From Eledone cirrhosa (taxonomy: Eukaryota), in the NCBI GenBank assembly GCA_964016885.1, contig OZ024743.1, positions 184,140,001-184,204,000 of the forward strand: a stretch of 64,000 nucleotides of DNA, given 5' to 3'. How positions within the stretch are numbered: position 1 is the stretch's first letter; each line of letters opens with the position of its first letter. The translations under genes were made by a program, and so were the position numbers. Below, piece by piece: positions 1-16,091 of this stretch. Under the pieces are notes generated by a model. It was given only the letters and a program-made list of their open reading frames with translations, was not told the DNA's origin and did no database searches.

Positions 1-1625
1 TCGAGGAAGAGGTGAAGATGTCGTAGCCTGAGCGCGTGTCTGCGCATCATCAGCCACGGCATGCCCAGCCCTCCACGTAGCGGGTGTTGACAGCAGATGG
101 ACCGCCTGACTATCGGAGCGCGTCCCTTCCACAAAAACGAAAGAGCAAACGCTCCAGCGCAGTCAGGCGGGGCTTAGGACAAGGTACGACGGTCAGGCGG
201 TAGTAGATGACGGACGCGATATACGCGTTAGCCACCTCCGCTCGACCTTTCAGGGATAGCTTCCTCTCGGCCCATTTCTGGGTGAGAGAAGCCACCCTGC
301 TCGTCACCTCCTCCCAATTTTTGTCCGTCTGGAGATCCGGACCGAACCAGACCCCGAGCAATTTAACTGGTCCGTCCGTCCAGCGCCCGATGACGCTGTT
401 GGACGGCATGGACCTGCCTCTCCAGGTGCCGAGCTGCAGGCCCACTGACTTTTCCTGGTTGATCATTGCTCTTGTCACCGCTTCGTATTCTCTTAGTGCA
501 GTGCCGATCTCCTCGATGTGTTTGGCGTTCGACACCACTACTGTGACATCGTCCGTATATGCTGACACGGATCTTCCGCATCCTAGTTCGCGCGGGTTCC
601 CCCTCAACGTCTCCAGTTTGTGCAGTAATGGCTCGAGAGTCAATACGTACAAGAGGGACGAGAGGGGACATCCTTGGCGGACCGAGCGCATGATGTTGAA
701 CGGTTCCGAAAGTGACCGTTCACTCTCACCACAGAGCAGATGTCGCTGTGCATGGCAGCGATACAGCCTCTGAAGACGGGCCCAAAGCCATCCGCCCTCA
801 GTACTGCCGCTAGGTAACGATGGTCGACCCTATCGAAAGCTTTCGACTGATCTAAATTTATCAAGGACCCACCCGTGCCAGGTTCCCTAGCTACCCTCTC
901 TACGATGTATCGCATGAGGTGGAGGTTGTCGTGGATGGATCTGTCGGGAATGGTGCATGTCTGCGCCTCTCCCACCAGACCACCAACGACAAGCGCCAAC
1001 CTCTTTGCTAGCACCTTGGCCAAAATCTTGAACTCTGTGTTTAGCAGAGTTATGGGCCTAAAATTATCTATGTTATCCCCTTGTTCGGATCCTTTCTCAG
1101 CAGCGCCACAGCTCCTCGGCTCACAGAGCTGGGAATTCTCCCGTTCTGTTGCCAGTTGCAGTAGACGTCCGCCAAGAGGCCTCCGAACAAGTCTGGCATC
1201 TGTACGTAAAGTTCATAGGGCAGACCATCCAAACCAGGCGATTTACCCCTTGTGCAGCTAGTCATTGCCTCCCGTACTTCAGCGTCTGTTATCGGCTTTT
1301 CACAACACTCCGCCTCAGTGGCCGAGAGCCGCGGCAGTCTGTCGAGGTAGACACTAAAGTCCATCCCTCGATCCGGCCCGCCGCTGCCCCCGAACAACTG
1401 AGCGAAGTGTCGCTGAAAAGCTTCACACATTTGCCCGAGATCGAGTAGCATGCGCCCGTCGTGGTTCACCAAAGACCGGATCGTGGCTTTGTTGCCACGA
1501 TGCGCCTCCGCCACTCGGGCCCATTGAACGGCTTTCGTCCCCTCGTGTCTGAGAGCACGCACCCTAGCTCTGATAACGCAGCCTTTGTGCTTTGCATTGA
1601 AGAATTGGTCATGGGCCAATTTCGC
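1..1625 (-). mobile_element. Tx1/L1-like non-LTR retrotransposon ORF2 fragment (RT), frameshifted and 5'-truncated, running off the window start
   Basis: ORF pieces 1068-1676, 640-1023 and 110-691 give KSPGLDGLPYELY, LDQSKAFDRVDH, VRQGCPLS, AYTDDVT, VKLLGVWF. Clearly homologous to 52803-54725. Confidence 0.9.
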
Positions 1626-1634
1626 CGCAAGTAC

Positions 1635-1743
1635 GTTAGATCGCAGATATAAAAGACAGCGAGAGGCGAAAACCAACCAAACAGTGAGTGTGTTCTGTTA
1701 TTAATTCTGGCAATATTACACAAATATGACCCTCCCCAAGTAT

Positions 1744-1750
<7 letters not shown>
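1635..1750 (+). mobile_element. 3' tail fragment of PLE family B pseudo-LTR
   Basis: Near-identical to about 16424-16543 (gcgaaaaccaaccaaacagtgagtg...atgaccctccccaagtataacaata), then (TA)n. Confidence 0.8.
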
Positions 1751-1780
<30 letters not shown>

Positions 1781-1815
1781 AAAAGATTTGAATGGATACA
1801 GTTTAGTTGAAAGGA

Positions 1816-1940
1816 ATTTATTGACACGTGTTTCTATAACAGTTACATAACCTAAAACAGCTGCTATCTACAAACTTTTAGTTATGCAGACATTCAATAT
1901 TTCAATGTTATTATTTACTGTCATTTCATCAGAATAATAT
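1816..1940 (-). ncRNA. Type I hammerhead ribozyme with about 90-nt stem II, in an about 520-bp non-coding unit (1779-2302) between (TA)n tracts
   Basis: Minus strand: TTATT-CTGATGA-AATGACAGT...ACTGTTATA-GAAA-CACGTG-TC-AATAA. Palindromic stem III, GUC site. Confidence 0.75.
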
Positions 1941-2302
1941 TACTGAGGACCTATTTACTTTTTATAGAGAATATTAGGAGGGAGGGGTGAAGTTGTTAGA
2001 AGAATAGTTGAAGGAGTGGTTTTTCGATAGCAGTGAGAATTCTTGGTGGCAGTGAGTAATTAGATTCCCATCTGTTGTTTTGACATTTTTTATAGAATAT
2101 ATTATTGGTTATTTTTCTAAATCTATAGAAGGATTAGAGATAGTAAAGATATGCGTGGTTGGTTTTGTGTTTGCACTTAATTAACATTCAGACTTAATTT
2201 TTTCTTTCAAGTGTACGTATCCTTTCACCCACGCATTCACACACAAATATATTTGCACACCTCTACAAAATAGATATACTCACAATTCACATATTCATAC
2301 TT

Positions 2303-3372
<1,070 letters not shown>

Positions 3373-3373
3373 T

Positions 3374-6154
3374 AATTAAAACCATCCACTCTCGCCTCAA
3401 CATTTTTGCTTAACGCCCAAGGCATCAGCCCTTCCACCAATACTCAAAAATGGAAGATCATATTCCTGGAGGACTGGGTTGATGTCCATCCAAACCACAT
3501 CCCTTTCTTCGTCCTCACTGAAACCCATCTCAGTAACCTCCACTTGGAAGCGGAGGTGAAAGTGAAAAATTTCAAAGCCATCCGTGCTGATCGCGCTGGC
3601 AGAAGAAAGGGTGGGACTGCCATTTATGTCCATAATTCTTTCTCAACAGAGGCTATGAACATATTTATTAATGGATACTGCGAAGCAGTCACTGTATTTA
3701 GTCAAACCAACAACCTAATAGTAGTTGGGCTCTATAGGCCACCGCAAACGCCTGTACCATGCTTCAAGGAATGCCTCAACAGCATAAAGTGTTTCATCCA
3801 AGAGTGACACCCTGACAACATCTTAATGATGGGGGACTTCAACCTCCCCGGAGTTGACTGGTCCACAAACAGCCTGCCACCAGGTTCTTCTGCCTCAACC
3901 CCTCACAGGGAAGCAGTGGAATCGCTTCTTGACTTCATGGATGATTTCTTCCTGTCCCAACTGGTGCTCGAACCAACGAGGTGCCACAAAAACGTCCTAG
4001 ACTTAATTTTCAGCAATCACACTGACAATATCCACAATATTGCAGTGGAGAAAACTCTACTCTCTGATCATGACATGGTTCTCTGTGATCTGAGATTCCA
4101 CCGTCCAATATACAAACCCAATGTCATCTCTCCTGTCCATCCGTTTGACGCTATGGATTTCCACAATGTAAACTGGGAAGCGATCAGTCATGATCTTGCA
4201 CATGTCGATTGGTCCTTCACGCACACTCATACACCCACTAACATCAAAAAGTCCTGGCAGACATTTGTGGACACTGTTACAAACATATGTGCAAAACACA
4301 CCCCATTAAGAACTATAAACAAATCTAAGAGCAAAATCCCTAGAAATAGAAAAACGCTCATCAGGAAAATTAAGAGAACGAACAAAAAAATCAACAAGCT
4401 GAAATACTGTCAGCAGCAACACATCAACTTGACTGCCATTTCATCACTAGAGATTAAAAAACATAACCTCCAAAACAATATGATGTCTATCATCAACAAT
4501 CAGAGAAGAGCTGAAGAGGCCTGGGCCATTGAGAAGATCAAACTAAATCCCAAAGTGTTCTTTTCATTTGCCAAAAAACACAAAATCACTGGCTCCACTG
4601 TTGGCCCTCTAATTGATGAAAATGGCACTCTTCAAGACAATGCTAAAACCATGGGTGAGATACTGCAGAAACAATACTGCTCTGTTTTCAGCAATCCTGA
4701 TATGGCCGATCTGGGCTGTATCGGCGATGTTACTCCCCATTACACCTTATCGGACATAACGTTTGGCGCCCCTGATGTCTTAGCGGCAATAAAGGAAATA
4801 AAGCATAATTCAGCAGTAGGTCCCGATAGGTTCCCTGCTTGTGTCTTGAGGGCGTGTCAACACCAACTTGCATCTCCTCTTGCCAATCTGTGGCGGAACT
4901 CACTGGATGCTGGATATGTGCCAGAAAACCTTCTATCCCAGTCTGTTGTCCCAGTTTTCAAAAAAGGAAACAAATCCGTTGCCGTGAATTACCGTCCAAT
5001 CTCACTCACCTCTCATATCATTAAGGTATTTGAGAGAGTGGTGAGATCGCGAATTACTCACTTCCTTGAGAGTAATAATATGCTGAACTCCAATCGTAAT
5101 GGAAGGGATTGCCTGACGCAGCTACTTCATCATGTATATTAATGACATCACTGACATCATCAAACACAACAACATTAGAATTTTCGCTGATGATTCCAAG
5201 CTCCAAAAGGTCATCAATGGCGTGGATGACCGGATTAGCCTTCAGTCAGACCTACTGGCTGTTACCCAATGGGCGGAAAAGAACAACATGTTACTGAACG
5301 AAGACAAATTCGAACTGATCCACTTTGGAAAAGAGGATGCTCTGAAACTCCCGTACTCCCTTCCCTCCGGTGAAACTCTCGTGGCATCTAACAACATCAG
5401 AGACTTGGGAGTAACCGTGGACAGCAACATAAGCTGGGCCACGCATATAAGCAGCAAAGTTGACATGGCCCGCAGAATGTGTTCCTGGATCCTCAGAACC
5501 TTCCAGTCGAGAGATTCCCACACCATTATCCTTCTCTTCTCTACTTTTGCCCGACCACACCTTGAATACTGTTGTCCACTGTGGTCTCCCCACACGAAAC
5601 AAAGTATCATGAAACTTGAAGCTCCCCAAAGGGCAATCACGAAAAAGATAGATGGCATGTCAGACCTTGACTACTGGCGTCGACTAGAAAAGCTGAAACT
5701 TTACTCACTCCAACGTCGCCGTGAGCGTTATATTATCTGCATGATGTGGAAAATGTTTCATCATCACTGCCCAAATGAGGTTGGCATCACCTTCAAATTA
5801 CACCCAAGGCTTGGGCCCTGTGCTATCCGTCCCAAACAAAAATCTCAATCGCAACTCATAACAACAATACGGCACAATTATTTCACCTCAATTGGCCCTG
5901 CTCTCTTCAACATCACACCAGGACACGTCAAAACAGAAACTGACCACACAAAGTTCAAGAAGTCTTTGGAAAAATTCCTCCAAGTAATCCCGGACAAACC
6001 ACCCACACCCGGATATGTCTCCGCAAACAGTAATTCTCTTCTCGAATGGGCCATGGTGCCCAAATCCTGAATTGAAAGACTTCGCCAGGTGGTGCTATTA
6101 AGTTAGACATGGCCTGGGCCAATACTGGCCAAAACATTTCAAAGTTATTCAAAG

Positions 6155-6156
<2 letters not shown>
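3374..6156 (+). mobile_element. CR1-group LINE family 1, copy 1 (APE + RT), 5'-truncated, with a nonsense codon at 3805-3807 and an about 270-bp deletion near 5130
   Basis: LTETHL, GLYRPP, MGDFN, LSDH, NYRPISLTS, FADDSK, RPHLEYCCPLWSP. Near-identical to 23898-26941. (TA)n on both sides. Confidence 0.92.
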
Positions 6157-6222
<66 letters not shown>

Positions 6223-6237
6223 ATATATATATATATG

Positions 6238-6306
<69 letters not shown>

Positions 6307-6312
6307 TTATAT

Positions 6313-7912
<1,600 letters not shown>

Positions 7913-7915
<3 letters not shown>

Positions 7916-8114
7916 AACCAGTAAGACCCCGACGGCTGAGCTCAAGCCGTTTCGACGGCTAATTCTTGACTAATTCAATCCAGAATTAGCCGTCGAAATG
8001 GCTTGAGCTCAGCCGTCGGGGTCTTACTGGTTCCTATTACCCACTCTACTACCCTAATTATTGAGTACTTTGGTGCGTTATGGTCCACCTGGTTCCTTAC
8101 CACATTTCCTTCGT
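7913..8114 (+). mobile_element. Family G short fold-back element containing only the 3' half of a hammerhead
   Basis: About 55-bp inverted arms centred near 7973. GAAA-YGGC-TTGAGCTCA-GCCG-TC-GGGGTC. Homologues at 14877, 47545, 50552 and 63499. Confidence 0.8.
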
Positions 8115-8130
8115 TATATATATACATATA

Positions 8131-10576
8131 CTGGACCACTGTTTTACAAACAACGAAGTGCTCATCCACAATGTAAAGGTGACACCAACAATTCTCTCGG
8201 ATCATAACTTAGTAGAGCTAATGATATGTGGTCCAAGAGAACCAACAGAGACAAAACCACCAAGAAGCTCCGGGACGCTATCCAACCTTAACTTCTACAA
8301 GACTAACTGGAAAAAGATTAAGAGTGAAATCCTGAAGGAAACATGGAGTGAAAACACCGCCACACAAGACACTAACACACAATTTCAACACTTCATGACA
8401 ACGATACACACTATATGCAAAAAGTTTGTCCCGGAGAAAGAGGCAAACCGACACAAAAATCTTATTCCCAGAGATAGGAAAATCCTTATGAGACGTAGAA
8501 CTAAACTCTCAAACCAGTTGAATAGTCAACAAAACAAAAACAAGAAGGAATCCTATTTGAAACGTGCACTACTTGACACCGAGATTGCACTCAAACTTTC
8601 ACATGAGAATGAGAGGGCAAAGAAAGAGAACAGGGCCATAGAAAACATTAAAACAAACCCTAAGGCCTTCTTTAAATTTGCAAAAGAAACTGCCTCAGTA
8701 CACTGCAAGATTGGACCACTCTTCCACACGGACGGTTCATTAACCGAAAACCCCCAAGAGATATGTGAAATACTGAACGAACAGTACAAAAGTGTGTTCA
8801 CATGTCCACTGAGGCACATGCAAATAACGAAGCCAGAGGAGTTCTTTGATGCCACAACACTACATCAAGAAATGGCAACCATCAACCACATAGACATAAC
8901 GGAGGAGGATGTGGTGTACGCCATTGATGAAATTAGAACAGACTCGGCTGCTGGACCTAATGGATTCCCAGCAGTTCTCTTAAAAATATGTAAGCGGGCC
9001 TTAGCAACTCCACTGAAGATGCTCTTCAGAAGCTCCTTGGCTAGCGGTGTGCTACCCAGGGAGCTGAAAGAAGGCACAATATGCCCTATCCATAAAGGAG
9101 GTAGTAGAGCGGAGGCCAAGAACTATAGGCCAGTCTCCCTGACGTCGCATATCAGTAAGGTCATGGAGCGAGTCGTCAGAAAGAAACTAATCACTTTCCT
9201 CGAGGAAAATGACCGCCTGACTAGCACGCAACATGGCTTCCGCCCAGGAAGAAGCTGCCTTACACAGCTGCTACATCACTACGACTGGGTACTGAGACAA
9301 CTACTAGACAGCTCACATGTGGACGTGATATATCTTGACTTTGCGAAGGCCTTTGACAAGGTCGACCACGGAATGATATGTCACAAACTACACGGACTCG
9401 GCATAACTGGAAAAGTAGGTGAGTGGCTGCATGGCTTCCTAAGGGACAGAAGCCAGGCAGTCGCAGCAAATGGGGCCCTCTCGAGGGAAACACCGATAAC
9501 AAGTGGGGGACAGTCCTGGGACCACTACTGTTTTTGGTGGCTCTCTCGGACATGCCCTCTGTGGTGCATGCAACAACATCCCTCACTAGCTATGCTGATG
9601 ACACTAAGGTAGCACATGCAATCAAAAACCCGGCTGACGCTGACCTTTTACAGCAGGATCTGGATGCCATATACAAATGGGCGGAAGAAAACAACATGCA
9701 GTTTAATGCTGGCAAATTCCAAGCTCTACAATACAAACCTGCAAACACAAATATAGTGGAACACAGCTACACAGGACCAGGAGGGACCGATATCCCCGTG
9801 TCAAAATCGATACGAGACCTGGGCATAGACATGAGCGATGATGCATCTTTTTCTTCACACATCATAAAAGTGGCGACAATGTGCAGACGACTCGCTGGCT
9901 GGATCTTGAGGACTTTCCGGACAAGAGATCGAGACACCATGTTGACACTGTGGAGGACTTTTGTCCTAAGCCGCCTGGACTACTGCTCCCAGTTGTGGTC
10001 ACCCCATAGTGTCAAACTAACCACGGAGCTTGAGGCAATCCAGCGAAGCTACACTAAGAGGATTGCCAAGATGAGGGAGACAAGCTACTGGGAGAGGCTA
10101 AAGGAACTGAACCTCTACTCCTTGGAGCGAAGACGGGAGAGATACGCAGTGATCTACATGTGGAAAATCCTGGAGGGACTAGCACCAAACTTTGGCATTG
10201 GGAGCTGGACCAACCGTCGAACAGGACGTCACTGAGTGGTGCCAAAGGTCCCGTCTTCCACATCTAGAATAAGGAGCAGGTATTGCAATAGCCTGGGATT
10301 CAAGGGCCCTCAACTCTTCAACAGGCTGCCGAGGGATCTGAGAGACTTGCATGACGTGGAGGTGGATGTCTTTAAGAAACATCTCGACACCTTGTTATCC
10401 AGTATCCCGGATGAGCCCATAGCAAGTCACGAGGGAAACCTAAGGGCAGCAGCAACAAACTCCCTCTTACACCAGTGGCCAACCTATACAGGCTGGAGAT
10501 AAAATTTGTAGCAACAAGGGCGGTGCCCCAGCATGGCCTCAACCGGATGTCTGAAACAGGTAGAAGAGTAAAAGAT
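8131..10576 (+). mobile_element. CR1-group LINE family 2, 5'-truncated ORF2 (end of APE + RT), frameshift near 9505 and stop at 10233
   Basis: LDHCFTN, LSDH, NYRPVSLTS, QHGFRPGRSCLTQLL, YLDFAKAFDKVDH, YADDTK, SRLDYCSQLWSP. 3' tail ggcggtgccccagcatggcc...gaaacagg. Confidence 0.92.
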
Positions 10577-10607
10577 TATATATATGTATATATATATATA
10601 TATATAT

Positions 10608-13474
10608 GTCCCCCATGAAGAATTCACCTCTCAACATAGACTGATAATTAGCGACCTCATAGTCAGGACGAGACGTACTAGACAGCGGAAGAGGACTATC
10701 CCCAGGAGAAAAATATGGAAGCTAAAGGACCCCATAGCCAGAAATAAATTTCAAAGCATATTACTTGACGCTTTCGACAGTAAGGAAGAGCAATTAGAGT
10801 CGTATAATATAGAGGAACAGTGGGAATTCCTGAGAGCAAACCTGCTGACGGCGGCAGACGAAGTCTGTGTCTGGAGCAGGCCTGTAGGTAGGAGGAGAGT
10901 AACATGATGGTGGAACAGTAAGGTGGAGGAGTCAATTAAGGCCAAAAAGCAGGCTTGGAAAGTATGGCGGGATGGGGGAAGTAGAGAAGACTATCAAGTG
11001 GCCAGGAGGGAAGCTAGGAGACAAGTGTACTTCGCAAGAAGGGAAGCAGAGGAAAGAAAGTTCAAGCTTGTTCTACAACGCGAGGACCAAAAACGTGAGG
11101 TGTTCAGGATTGCCAGGCAATGTGTCAAGGAAAACCGTGATATTGTCGGGGAGAAGTGTGTACTTAACGATGATGGCATACTTGCCATCACCGACGCTGA
11201 TAAGAAGGTAGCTTGGAAATGTCACTACGAAAGGCTACTAAATGAGGAGAACAAATGGGAGAAAGACAGTCTCCCCCACATCGACCCAATAGAGGGACCA
11301 GCAGTGTTAGTCCAGGGTAGTACAATAAGCAAGGCAATCAAAGATATGAAGACGGGTAAGGCGGCTGGTCCTTCGGAAATAGTTGCTGAGATGCTGAAGG
11401 CATCTGGTTCGGTGGGACACACCATGGTCACCCGGATAGTTAACCAAGTCGTACAGAATGGGGTTGTTCCGAAGGACTGGCGTAGCAGCATCATCGTTAA
11501 CTGCTATAAGGGAAAAGGAGATGCCCTAGATAGGAGTAACTATAGAGGCTTTAAATTAATCGACCAGGTCATGAAGGTCACGGAAAAAGTAATAGCGCAA
11601 CTAATCAGAGAGCGAATTGATCTAGATGAAATGCAGTTCGGGTTTGTATCAGGCAAAAGTACCACAGACGCTCTTTTCATTGTACGACAACTACAGGAGA
11701 AGTACCTAGCTAAAAGTAAACCCCTATACTTAGCTTTCGTCGACTTGGAGAAAGCCTTCGACAGAGTCCCCCGTTCCATTATCTGGTGGTCTCTTAGAAA
11801 ACTAGGTGTTGACGAATGGCTTGTGAGAGCTATACAAGCCATGTATAAAGAAACAGTCAGTAAGGTTAGAATTAACAACGAATATAGTGAAGAGTTTAGC
11901 GTAAAAGTTGGTGTCCATCAGGGCTCTGTTCTTAGCCCCCTACTATTTATTATTGCCCTTCAGGCTATAACAGAGGAGTTCAAGACCGGCTGCCCATGGG
12001 AACTCCTATACGCAGATGATCTAACGCTCATAGCTGAATCAATGACCGAACTAGAGAAGAAATTCCAAACATGGAAGCACCGCCTAGAATCAAAAGGCCT
12101 TAAAATTAACCTGGCTAAGACTAAAGTTCTAGTTTGTAGGAAAGAAAATAAGGCGGCGGTCCCATCTGGGAAATGGCCATGCTCAGTGTGTAGGAAAGGC
12201 GTAGGTAGAAACTCCATTTTATGTCCCAAATGCAAAGTATGGGTGCATAAAAGATGTAGTGGGATCACAGGTAAGCTAACTAAGAACATAGATTTTACAT
12301 GTGGCCGGTGCTCTGGTGCAATAAGTAGCAGCAAGTGCCCACAAAATACTAGCTCCTTCAACTGCGCAGAGGGTTCTATAGAAATAGTGGACAGCTTCCG
12401 TTACCTGGGTGACAAAATCAGCAGTGGGGGAGGGTGCTCTGAAAGTACAGTAGCTAGAGTCAGAACTGGATGGAAAAAGTTCAGAGAGCTTATACCACTA
12501 TTAGCCGCTAGAGGGTTCTCCCTAAAAATGAAAGGCAGGTTATACGATGCCTGCATACGAACAGCAATGCTGCATGGCAGTGAGACCTGGGAATTGTGTA
12601 CAGAGGATATACGCAGACTAGAGAGGAACGAAGCTTGCATGCTCCGCTGGATGTGCAATAGTAATATACGTGAACGGCAAAGCATAAACGAACTAAGGAA
12701 AAAATTAGAAATAAGAGGGATCAGATGTTGTTTACTCGAGAGAAGGCTACGTTGGTACGGTCACGTGATGCACATGAAAGACGACAGCTGTATAACAAAG
12801 TGCAGGGCAATAAAGATAGACGGTAGCCACGGAGAAGGCAGACCCAGAAAAATATGGGACGAGCTGATAAATTCCGACCTCACACGCTTACACCTCTCCA
12901 AGACAATGTCACTGGACCGAGACCTTTGGCGGTACTCAGTAATAGAGAAGACCCGCCTTACCTAAATACAAAGTAAAAACCTACTACAGTCAGTAGGCAT
13001 CTCTATCAAAACACACCCCCGTCCCGCCACCTCCACCCCATCCACACCGCCCCTTTCAATGTAAAGTTATGTTGGTCCCACAACATCCAGGCCGAAACAA
13101 ATGAGATCGTGTAGGTGTCACGACAAAAAAACACACAGTCCACGCTGTAAATGTGGCCGTGTAGGCAACACGGTAAAAACCTCCCAGCCCCACACTGTAA
13201 ATGTGGTTGGTGTTAGGAAGGGCATCCAACTGTAGAAAACCCGCCAGACAGTCCACGCTGTAATGTGGCCGTGTAGGCAACACGGTAAAAACCTCCCAGC
13301 CCCACACTGTAAATGTGGTTGGTGTTAGGAAGGGCATCCAACTGTAGAAAACCTGCCAGACAGTCCTATGCGAGCAAGACAACCACTCTTGCCTCAAGTG
13401 GGAAAACCCCCGTCCAAACCCATGCAAGCGTGGAACATGGACGCTAAACCTGATGATGATGATGATGATGATGA
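10608..13474 (+). mobile_element. RTE-like LINE, 5'-truncated, with a 113-bp tandem duplication in the 3' UTR and a (TGA)n tail
   Basis: RT ORF 10923-12965. Repeat starts at 13136 and 13249. (GAT)n tail at 13451-13474. Confidence 0.9.
10923..12965 (+). CDS. RTE-type reverse transcriptase (partial) with a PHD-like zinc finger after the RT core
   Basis: QFGF...STTDALF, AFVDLEKAFDRV, GVHQGSVLSPLLF, LLYADD, FRYLG, RRLRWYGHV, GRPRK. CSVC..C..C..WVH..C..CGRC. Upstream frame broken by TGA at 10905. Confidence 0.88.
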   Translation: MEESIKAKKQAWKVWRDGGSREDYQVARREARRQVYFARREAEERKFKLVLQREDQKREVFRIARQCVKENRDIVGEKCVLNDDGILAITDADKKVAWKCHYERLLNEENKWEKDSLPHIDPIEGPAVLVQGSTISKAIKDMKTGKAAGPSEIVAEMLKASGSVGHTMVTRIVNQVVQNGVVPKDWRSSIIVNCYKGKGDALDRSNYRGFKLIDQVMKVTEKVIAQLIRERIDLDEMQFGFVSGKSTTDALFIVRQLQEKYLAKSKPLYLAFVDLEKAFDRVPRSIIWWSLRKLGVDEWLVRAIQAMYKETVSKVRINNEYSEEFSVKVGVHQGSVLSPLLFIIALQAITEEFKTGCPWELLYADDLTLIAESMTELEKKFQTWKHRLESKGLKINLAKTKVLVCRKENKAAVPSGKWPCSVCRKGVGRNSILCPKCKVWVHKRCSGITGKLTKNIDFTCGRCSGAISSSKCPQNTSSFNCAEGSIEIVDSFRYLGDKISSGGGCSESTVARVRTGWKKFRELIPLLAARGFSLKMKGRLYDACIRTAMLHGSETWELCTEDIRRLERNEACMLRWMCNSNIRERQSINELRKKLEIRGIRCCLLERRLRWYGHVMHMKDDSCITKCRAIKIDGSHGEGRPRKIWDELINSDLTRLHLSKTMSLDRDLWRYSVIEKTRLT

Positions 13475-13481
13475 TATATAC

Positions 13482-13512
<31 letters not shown>

Positions 13513-13514
13513 CT

Positions 13515-13546
<32 letters not shown>

Positions 13547-13578
13547 CATATATATGTATATATATATATATATATATG

Positions 13579-13644
<66 letters not shown>

Positions 13645-13648
13645 ATAC

Positions 13649-13679
<31 letters not shown>

Positions 13680-13692
13680 AATATATACATAC

Positions 13693-13897
<205 letters not shown>

Positions 13898-13898
13898 T

Positions 13899-14010
13899 GT
13901 AGGAGGTGAGTTTTATTGTAGTACAATAAAGCAATGTAGATATCGGATAATAAGCACTCTGCGGTGCCCCAGCATGGCCTCAGCCGGATGGCTGAAACAG
14001 GTAAAAGAGT
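13899..14010 (+). mobile_element. SINE or LINE 3' tail fragment sharing its end with CR1-group family 2
   Basis: gcggtgccccagcatggcctcagccggatggctgaaacaggtaaaagagta matches 10520-10570; the upstream 60 nt differ. Confidence 0.7.
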
Positions 14011-14037
14011 ATATATATGTATATATATATATATATT

Positions 14038-14074
<37 letters not shown>

Positions 14075-14104
14075 ATACATATATATATATACATATATAT
14101 ATAC

Positions 14105-14192
<88 letters not shown>

Positions 14193-14250
14193 GTGTGTAT
14201 ATATATATGTATATATATATATATGTATATATATACATATATATATATAG

Positions 14251-14300
<50 letters not shown>

Positions 14301-14336
14301 CGATATACATATATATATATATACATATATATATAC

Positions 14337-14377
<41 letters not shown>

Positions 14378-14378
14378 C

Positions 14379-14417
<39 letters not shown>

Positions 14418-14571
14418 CTTATATATATATATATATATTTATATACATATATATGTATATATATATATATATATATACATACATATATATATATATACAT
14501 ATATATACATATATATATATATATGTATATATACTTATATATATATATATATATGTATATACATATATATG

Positions 14572-14670
<99 letters not shown>

Positions 14671-14691
14671 AATATATATATATATACATAC

Positions 14692-15036
<345 letters not shown>

Positions 15037-15043
15037 TATATAC

Positions 15044-15076
<33 letters not shown>

Positions 15077-15084
15077 CATATATA

Positions 15085-15600
15085 TAGTAATAATAATAAA
15101 ATTGAAGACTAAAACCCAAAGAGGGCTCGATAAGGAAAATATATATCAAATATATAAGAACCGTAGAGCAAATATTTATTAAAATAACAGATTAAAGTTT
15201 AAGCAAAGAATCGCTGCTTTCACCCTTAACGGGATCTTCTGAAACTAACAAAGTCAATCTGTAAACGCAGAACTGGATATTTCAAAAAACGTTGCAACCG
15301 GAGGAAGACAGGAAGACGATACTTTGGTTCGTGGTAACGTTCGCTGGCAAAGAACGGGAGAAAACGAATAATACGTCATTAATAGGAGCGGTGAAAAACA
15401 ATTACGCGCAAAGACAAAACCACGTTTATGGTATAAAAGAGGTCGTAGACTAATGTTCTCTTAGGTGGTGCATAGAGACGTTCTCTGGCAATGAACGAAA
15501 AAACGAAGATAATAAGTCATATATGGAGCGTGGAGAACAATAGCACGCAAAGACAAAACCACGTAAATAGTATAGCAGAAATCGTAGACTAAAATTTTAA
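15085..15600 (-). mobile_element. Non-coding family E element with hammerhead-like motif (15196-15246) and an internal about 139-bp duplication
   Basis: Homologous to 2992-3080 and 31352-31583. gcaaagacaaaaccacgt...tcgtagactaa occurs near 15408 and 15547. Confidence 0.75.
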
Positions 15601-16060
15601 CTAGGAGACCAAAACTACCCTTTTAAGAAAACCCACTGTACCAATAGGAAGTGTATCATATGTAAGGTAAACCCCCGGATAAACTGTAAAACTATAAACG
15701 TAGTCTATAGCATAAGATGTACAGAGGGTACTTGCAGAAACATGACAACAATATACATAGGTGAGACAGCTCGTAGCATAGGTGAAAGGATAGACCAACA
15801 CTGGGGAAAACTAAAAGGACGAAAAAACGGGTCAGTACTATACGAACATGCTAGACAACAACATGACGGTAACATAGACAACATAGAAATTAGAATAATA
15901 TCTAAACATAGAAATGACCCAGCAGATAGGCAAATCAGAGAGGCCAGTGAAATAGAAATTAGAAGGCCAAGACTAAACAGAAAGAATGAATGGAATAACA
16001 ACAACACCCAAACAAATAACACTGACCTAAGAGAAGTATAAATAAGTAAATAAAATAGAA

Positions 16061-16091
<31 letters not shown>

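Noticed and set aside
10233-10235. TGA codons at probable Cys/Trp positions in LINE ORFs (3805, 10233, 10905) as recoding
   Set aside because: Single-base nonsense changes in decayed copies. The sister copy of 3805 has TGT at 24328, and no SECIS is evident.
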